Shown here: piece after piece, positions 58,301-64,000 of the stretch
Layout of the letters: every line of letters begins with the position of its first letter
Position numbering within the stretch: the first letter of the stretch is position 1
NCBI GenBank assembly: GCA_030141605.1
Contig: JAQGDQ010000811.1
Location: 29,200-93,199, forward strand
Direction: 5' to 3'
DNA: 64,000 nt
DNA from: Tubiluchus corallicola
Lineage: Eukaryota; Animalia; Priapulida
Position numbers and translations under genes: made by a program
The notes under the pieces: model-generated
What the model was told of the DNA's origin: nothing
Databases searched by the model: none
What the model saw: the letters and a program-made list of their open reading frames with translations, nothing else

Positions 58301-61300
58301 GAATACAAAAGGTGTAAAGGTTAGGCCAAGTGTAAAACTAATTTTGAAGTAACGTTCAAAAAAAGTTAGCAGGACCTGAAACAATTTCTAACAATACAAA
58401 AAGAAAATTTGAACGAAATGGCTTCTAAAAACAACTCTGAACATGTTTCTACAAGAAAAGGAAAGCTGTGTTAAATAGTGTTTTTGATTAAGTTGGTGAT
58501 TAAATTATTAAATTAATAATTAGATTGAATGATTGACGATGCAAGATTAAACTATCGTCGCGGCTAGAAGCCTAGTTAGGTGTGGCATCACGCGACCAGC
58601 TGATGTTCGACCGGCTGACTCAGAAGTGAAGATTGATCATGTAATATTTAGGTAGTTAGACAAAAGTGTTTTGAGCCCTGCACCTCGGGGGAGATTAGGA
58701 ACTGACTTGAAGACGGAGGGCTGGCATTACTATCCTCTTATATTGTATGATATGATATTATATCTTATAATCTTATATATCTTATATTATATCATATCAC
58801 AAATAATTTAAAAAAATAAAAAAAATATTTACCGCGTTGTATTTGATATTTACTGAATGTGTAATTTATTAAATAAAGTCTTGATAGTTTGCCATGCCCA
58901 TTGTGGCTACTTCACACGCCGCACAATAAACAACAATAATCAGCAAGCAGCTTTAACCACAAGAATAAACAGACTTTAACGCAACCGCTATACCAATTAT
59001 TTTACTCTACATTACCAACTGTTTCGTCTTTTCCACAAGTTTGAGAATAATGAACAAATGTCCAAGAAAAAGTGACAGCTCAAAGTTCATGTGAAGAAAA
59101 CGATCCGATCTGAAGTTACGGAAAACAGCGAACAGAACCAGAGACGAACCCAGCGATCCCACAAGCACGAAACTACCAGATCTTGTGACGACAGCGACAG
59201 TGACCTTCGTCAAGGTCTCCTTGATGACTTCTGCTATAGGTGGCTCAGTCGGAATGACTTTAAACAAGAAAAAATATAAAATGATCGAAAATGCTGAGTG
59301 CAATAATGTAAGTTTGGGAATGGTTAGCAAAGAAGAATACAAGTTCTTTGATATCGTACCTAATATAGAAAGAGTAGAAAATAAAACATTTTATGTTTGA
59401 TTGTATACTGCCTTAAAAGACAAGGAAAAATATAATTACAATAATGGAATTTTCATATTTAAAACGCCACAAATTTTAATTTACATAGTTAAAAATCATG
59501 CCAAACATTTCGACAGAGCTGCTGCTGTCATCATCAGTGGATATTTTTTGCAAACAAACAACCAGTTTATATAGGCAAAGCCGACAGTGCAGAACATTAC
59601 GTATTTAACAGAAGCCAAAAAGGTAATGAATAAGCAGACCAGTAGATATGGAATTGATACAGTAAATTATGCACTAATTATGTATTTACAAAAGTCAAAT
59701 AGGTAATGAATAAACAGACCTGAGGAAAAGAAATTGATACAGTAAATTATGCACTAATTATGTATTTACAAAAGCCAAATAGGTAATCATTAAGCAGACC
59801 TGAGGAAAAGAAATTGATACAGTAAATTATGCACTAATTATGTATTTACAAAAGCCAAATAGATAATGATTAAGCAGACCTGTAGAAAAGAAATTGATAC
59901 AGTAAATTATGCACTAATTATGTATTTACAAAAGTCAAATAAGTAATGATTAAGCAGACCTGAAGAAAAGAAATTGATACAGTAACTTATGCACTAATTA
60001 TGTATTTACAAAAAGCCAAATAGGTAATGATTAAGCAGACCTGTAGAAAACAAATTGATAATCATTACCTATTTGGCTTTTGTAAATACATAATTAATGC
60101 TTAAGTTGCTGTATCAATTTGTTAATTAGTCTGATTATTCATTACCTACTTGGCTTCTGCTAAATACATAATTAGTGGGTAAAGTTCTATACTGTAGGCT
60201 CTGAGTATAAAAACTGGTTGTATGTTTGTAAAAATTTACCACTTATCATGACAGCAGTAGCTCTGTCGAAACGTTTAACATGATTTTCTAACTATGTAAA
60301 TTAAAAGTTTAATAAAGTTCGGCTTCGTCGGTTCAGTCAGCAGACGGAGAGATGCGTTTACCATCTAAGCACCTGTTCCGCAATCATGATCTGCATGAGG
60401 AAGGCAGGAAAGTATTCTGGCTAGTTTTTATATTAATTTTTTGTTTACATTTTCATATTTACTTTCACATCTACAACATTTGTCTGCAACATGGTTTGGC
60501 TGATCCAGACTTGAACCTTGGACCTCCTGGCTGCCTCCGCAACAATATAATACAAAGTAATAATGGCGAACTTTAACTTAAAGCTCAAGAAAACCTTCCA
60601 CTTACATCAAGCTTAAAAAATCATCTTGAAATTTTATACCACTTACATACTGCCTTTTTGCATGCAGGGTTTAAGTCGGCAGTAACGCTGTATAAGACTT
60701 GAAAATTTAAACTCCCGCGATGACCGTTAGACGCAGCCATTTTAATGAAATGTCGTTTGAAACAGTTTAGACAACATTATGTAAAGTTTGAAAAAATAAG
60801 CTGAGCATTCGTAGCATACATGTTGCTAACGAAGTAAAATTTAAAATTACTGTATCTTGTCAATAAGATTAAAAATACGTTTTTGGCTAGTGAGTGGCGC
60901 ACCCTGGAGGGCGAGTCAGCGACATTTACCAATTCGCACAAACATTTTACATAATGTCCAGCAGGTAAGTGAAATGCTAAGTAATATAGATTTGCATGGG
61001 AAGTTTTTTGGGACATAATTGAAATTTTATGCCACTTACTACCGTTTTGCATGCAGGGTTTGGGTCGGCTGTAACGCTGTATAAAACATGTAAATTCAAA
61101 CTCCCGCGTCAGACGCAGCCATTTTTACAATAAGTCATTTAAAACAACTTTAGATAACATTGCATTCGTCAAACAAGTAATCCAACAGACAAAACCGAAA
61201 GGACGACAGCTTATTGAATTTTGCTTACCGTCTGTACAGTTATATCCAGTATATCCTGGCGGACAAATACATTCATATTTTCCCAGTAAATCTACACAGG

Positions 61301-61600
61301 TGGCGCCCTCGTTGCAGTAGTTCGGCTGGCATTCATTGATGTCTGGTAACAATTGAAAATCGTGCAAAAATGATTAGTCTGCCCGATAATTGCCATATTT
61401 TTAAGAAAGTAGATATATGAACAATAGAAAATAATTAGAAGAGTAAACAGACAGAGGCACAAATAAATAACAGTAGTTTTTAGTTTGCACTGGATGCATT
61501 TGCCTTTAACAGTTGTGTGAATTTTATTCTCATGCTGCGATGTTCTTATATGCTTATGAATATCGATTTTTTATTGGCAAATAAAGATTATATCTATCTA

Positions 61601-61641
<41 letters not shown>

Positions 61642-61877
61642 GTGTGTGTCCATCCATCCATCCATCCATCCATCCATCTAATCTATCCATCTATACATCT
61701 ATCCATCTATCCATCTATCCATCTATCCATCCACCCATCCATCCATCCATCCATCCATCCATCCATCCATCCATCCATCCATCCATCCATCCATCCATCC
61801 ATCCATCCATCCATCCATCCATCCATCCATCCATCTAATCTATCCATCTATCCATCTATCCATCTATCCATCTATCC

Positions 61878-61940
<63 letters not shown>

Positions 61941-63014
61941 CATCCATCCATCTAATCTATCCATCCATCCATCCATCTATCCATCTATCCATCTATCCAT
62001 CTATCCATCTATCCATCTATATGTTAAAAGGTTATATATGTATGTATATACTTTTAATACATGTAGCCGTATATAGACTATAAGTCATATATATATATAT
62101 ATATATATATAAAGGTTATTTTGGCCTTAAACAATTAAATAGCAAATGAAATAAATGACCGAATGAATGAATAGCTTTATATATAAATAAGCAAACAAAT
62201 AAATAACATCAACACATAATAAATAAACAAATGAATTATAAATTTTGAATTTAAACGGGTGATGTGGTAAGGATTCTTAAACCTTTTCGACAGGTGCACT
62301 GTGATGTTCAGAAAATACGAATGTCTTATTTAAGTGACTATTTCAATTTTGGATTTACCAAAAAATAACACACAGTCTGCCCATTGTAGAATTTTCGACA
62401 TTTGTAACAAAATGTTTTTTAAATACGTGAATCATCATGTAGATATTTGGATATTTTAGATATCAACTTGAGGAATCGCGCTCCAACCGCAGCGACATCT
62501 TTGGTAAGGAAAAGGTCACAGACTGGGTAAATCGCGTTTTAAAGGCAAAGATGACGCAAATGTTGCTCAAATCAAAATTTCGTATTTCGCTGGCCTTTAC
62601 TAAATTAGTTTATATTTTATTTTTGTATTTCTAGTTGCACTTATAGTTTAGCTTGCACCAGACACATTACCCCAAAACAGTTTTTATATGAACTAACACT
62701 GATTGTCTGTCTTTTATTATGATGGTCAATGTTTTTAAAATGGCAAATAAAGATTTTACTACTACTACTCCTCTTCCTCCTCCTCCTCCTCCCCCTCTTC
62801 CTACTCCTACTCCTACTCCTACTCCTACTCCTACTCCTACGCCTACGCCTACGCCTGCGCCTGCTCCCGCTCCCGCTCCCCCTCCCGCTCCCCGCTCCCG
62901 CTCCCGCTCCTGCCACCGCCAGCGCCAGCGCTACCGCCACCACCACCACCACCACCACTACCACTACCACTACCACTACCACTACCACTGCCACTACCAC
63001 TACCACTACCACTG

Positions 63015-63045
<31 letters not shown>

Positions 63046-63253
63046 CACTACCACTACCACTACCACTACCACCACCATCACTACCACTACCACTACCACT
63101 ACTACTACCACTACTACTAGTGAAAGTAAGCAGTAATACCTTTAGAGCACATAACTCCTTCTAAACCTTTTTCACAAACACAGAGGAAAGAGTTGATGAG
63201 GTCCACGCAGGTTGCATTTCCCCAACAAGGATTGGATGCACACTCATTTATGT
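46190..63253 (-). CDS. EGF-repeat adhesion-type (class B2) GPCR, 3' part (8 exons: two cbEGF, 7TM, C-tail); 5' end beyond window end
   Basis: Exons 63140-63253, 61229-61342, 59016-59257, 56513-56669, 55409-55475, 47939-48091, 46964-47132, 46190-46309 join in frame with AG/GT ends. Class B motifs: HMNF..SLFLGHL (TM2), [26 protein letters not shown] (TM3), IGWG (TM4), YG...CW (ECL2), SWVFG (TM6), IFSILN...VFIFH..N.MVR (TM7/helix 8); stop after ITNL. Confidence 0.9.
46964..47132 (-). CDS. aGPCR-like exon, TM6-TM7
   Basis: tttcag|(I)[56 protein letters not shown]|gtaagt; 169 bp. Confidence 0.93.
47205..47625 (-). mobile_element. Same Penelope-like family, single arm
   Basis: Homologous to 909-1330 and 59470-59900; core has AAAA instead of GAAA. 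Confidence 0.7.
47939..48091 (-). CDS. aGPCR-like exon, ECL2-TM5-ICL3
   Basis: tacacag|(T)[50 protein letters not shown]|gtaaga; 153 bp, phase 2-2. Confidence 0.9.
48210..48489 (-). mobile_element. Kolobok-like family C terminus
   Basis: ...ctgaaacctacttcaggtgcccttttcttgtcct|ttaa homologous to 19146-19420. Confidence 0.65.
48845..49290. repeat. Compound tetranucleotide array (TCTG, TCCG, TCCA, TCAG)
   Basis: Direct reading. Confidence 0.93.
49955..50412. repeat. (TACT/TACC)n
   Basis: Direct reading. Confidence 0.93.
50564..55331. repeat. 43-bp satellite, about 110 copies, ending in a TIR-like cap
   Basis: gaacttgtcaagtcgttcacacttgcgagtctactcccag(taa/aga); terminal cagtgtgaacgcgcc. Confidence 0.97.
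55409..55475 (-). CDS. aGPCR-like exon, TM4-ECL2
   Basis: ttgtag|(G)[21 protein letters not shown]|gtaagt; 67 bp, phase 1 to 2. Confidence 0.9.
55640..56402. repeat. CAA/CAG-rich region and 18-bp repeat
   Basis: atgccaatggcaacaaca units at 55913-56400. Confidence 0.92.
56513..56669 (-). CDS. aGPCR-like exon, TM3 to start of TM4
   Basis: tttcag|[52 protein letters not shown]|gtgagt; 157 bp. Confidence 0.94.
56746..57366 (-). mobile_element. Kolobok-like MITE, family B, second copy
   Basis: Colinear reverse-complement homology with 24772-25289. Confidence 0.72.
57490..57834. repeat. About 46-bp tandem repeat (about 6 copies) related to the 43-bp satellite, same terminal cap
   Basis: agtaactcgcaaagcagttcacacttgtgagtttgctgtcagagag; ends gtgtgaacgcgcc. 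Confidence 0.9.
59016..59257 (-). CDS. aGPCR-like exon, stalk with TM1-TM2
   Basis: tttaaag|(V)[80 protein letters not shown]|gtaatg; 242 bp. Confidence 0.9.
59470..60320. mobile_element. Same Penelope-like family, foldback copy with five or more 80-bp repeats
   Basis: agtaa(a/c)ttatgcactaatta recurs at 59661, 59741, 59821, 59901, 59981; right arm about 60060-60320 is inverted relative to the left. Confidence 0.72.
59501..59540 (-). ncRNA. Minimal type I hammerhead ribozyme motif (PLE-type)
   Basis: CCA CUGAUGA U GACAG-cagcagcu-CUGUC GAAA UG UU UGG: stem I CCA/UGG, stem II 5 bp, vestigial stem III. Confidence 0.6.
60320..60553 (-). mobile_element. SINE-like repeat, second copy
   Basis: Reverse-complement homology with 15085-15310. 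Confidence 0.55.
60577..61160 (+). mobile_element. Same family as 477-780, two partial copies
   Basis: Starts ttaaagctcaagaaaacc; direct homology to 477-780. Confidence 0.7.
61229..61342 (-). CDS. aGPCR-like exon, Ca-binding EGF repeat
   Basis: ttaccag|(D)[37 protein letters not shown]|gtaagc; 114 bp, phase 1-1. Confidence 0.95.
61590..62020. repeat. (TCCA/TCTA)n
   Basis: Direct reading. Confidence 0.95.
62757..63118. repeat. Compound CCTACT / CCCGCT / ACCACT repeats
   Basis: Direct reading. Confidence 0.93.
63140..63253 (-). CDS. aGPCR-like exon, Ca-binding EGF repeat
   Basis: ttttag|(D)[37 protein letters not shown]|gtatta; 114 bp, phase 1-1. Confidence 0.93.
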
Positions 63254-63809
63254 CTAAAACACAGATAATAACAACGTCATAGATAAACGCAATGCCTGGG
63301 AAGACCTAGTTACCAAGGCACTACGTGGGTAAAAAGGAAACCTTTGAACTAACACAAGTAGCTCACATTATTATTATATTATCACAAGGTACGTTGTACC
63401 TGAATAAGAGGATTTACACAAAGCAGAAAGAAAATTAACAAACATTTCTCAAGTGACAACTGAAAAGAAACAGAAAACTAATTTCCCTCTTTCTAATGAA
63501 CAAAGGTGAACTGGCCACCAAATCTACAACAATGTCAAACTATTGTGACTAACAAACGAATAGTCAATCTATAGAGTATGTAAACTAACTTATTTGAGAG
63601 CTAGACATAGAGATGGACATTTATCTCTTAATTAACACCAGAATTAAAAGGTGAACAATACGTGCAATAGTTAATTAACAATTACGATGAAAAATATGTA
63701 TAAAGAGCATCAGGAGGTGCAGGAGAAAGGGTAGTGAAAGACCAATTGGTCACCAAAGTCGACCACCCTTCTCAGATGAATGTAAATTATTAAAAAACAT
63801 AGAATTGCT

Positions 63810-63997
63810 GTATTATTATTATTATTACTATTACTATTACTATTACTATTACTATTACTATTACTATTACTATTACTATTACTATTACTATTACTATTAC
63901 TATTACTATTACTATTACTATTACTATTACTATTACTATTACTATTACTATTACTATTACTATTACTATTAATATTACTATTACTATTACTATTACT
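63810..63997. repeat. (TTACTA)n
   Basis: Direct reading. Confidence 0.96.
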
Positions 63998-64000
63998 TTA

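Noticed and set aside
59258-61228. Hidden GAIN/GPS exons
   Set aside because: Interval mostly matches repeats found elsewhere in the window; no GPS-like Cys/Trp pattern noticed in minus-strand frames

Overview
AT-rich, repeat-dense animal (probably invertebrate) genomic DNA with one 135-N gap; the organism cannot be identified from the window. Two spliced genes lie on the minus strand, both assembled by hand from GT-AG sites with consistent intron phases. (1) A receptor guanylyl cyclase / natriuretic-peptide-receptor-like gene: 11 coding exons from 32918 to 322 encoding signal peptide, ANF-receptor ectodomain and TM helix, with the cytoplasmic part outside the window. (2) The 3' end of an unusual adhesion-type (class B2) GPCR: 8 exons from 63253 to 46190, in which Notch-type Ca-binding EGF repeats are spliced directly onto a divergent 7TM with no visible GAIN/GPS domain, ending in a PDZ-binding motif. 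Introns and the intergenic region hold microsatellites, minisatellites (24, 29, 32, 43, 46, 60 and 69 bp units), TTAA-flanked and hAT-like MITEs, LINE fragments, an LTR with primer-binding site, a 5S-derived SINE candidate with an RTE-like body, and several Penelope-like foldback elements carrying minimal hammerhead-ribozyme motifs. Nearly all long ORFs in the supplied track are repeat artefacts.
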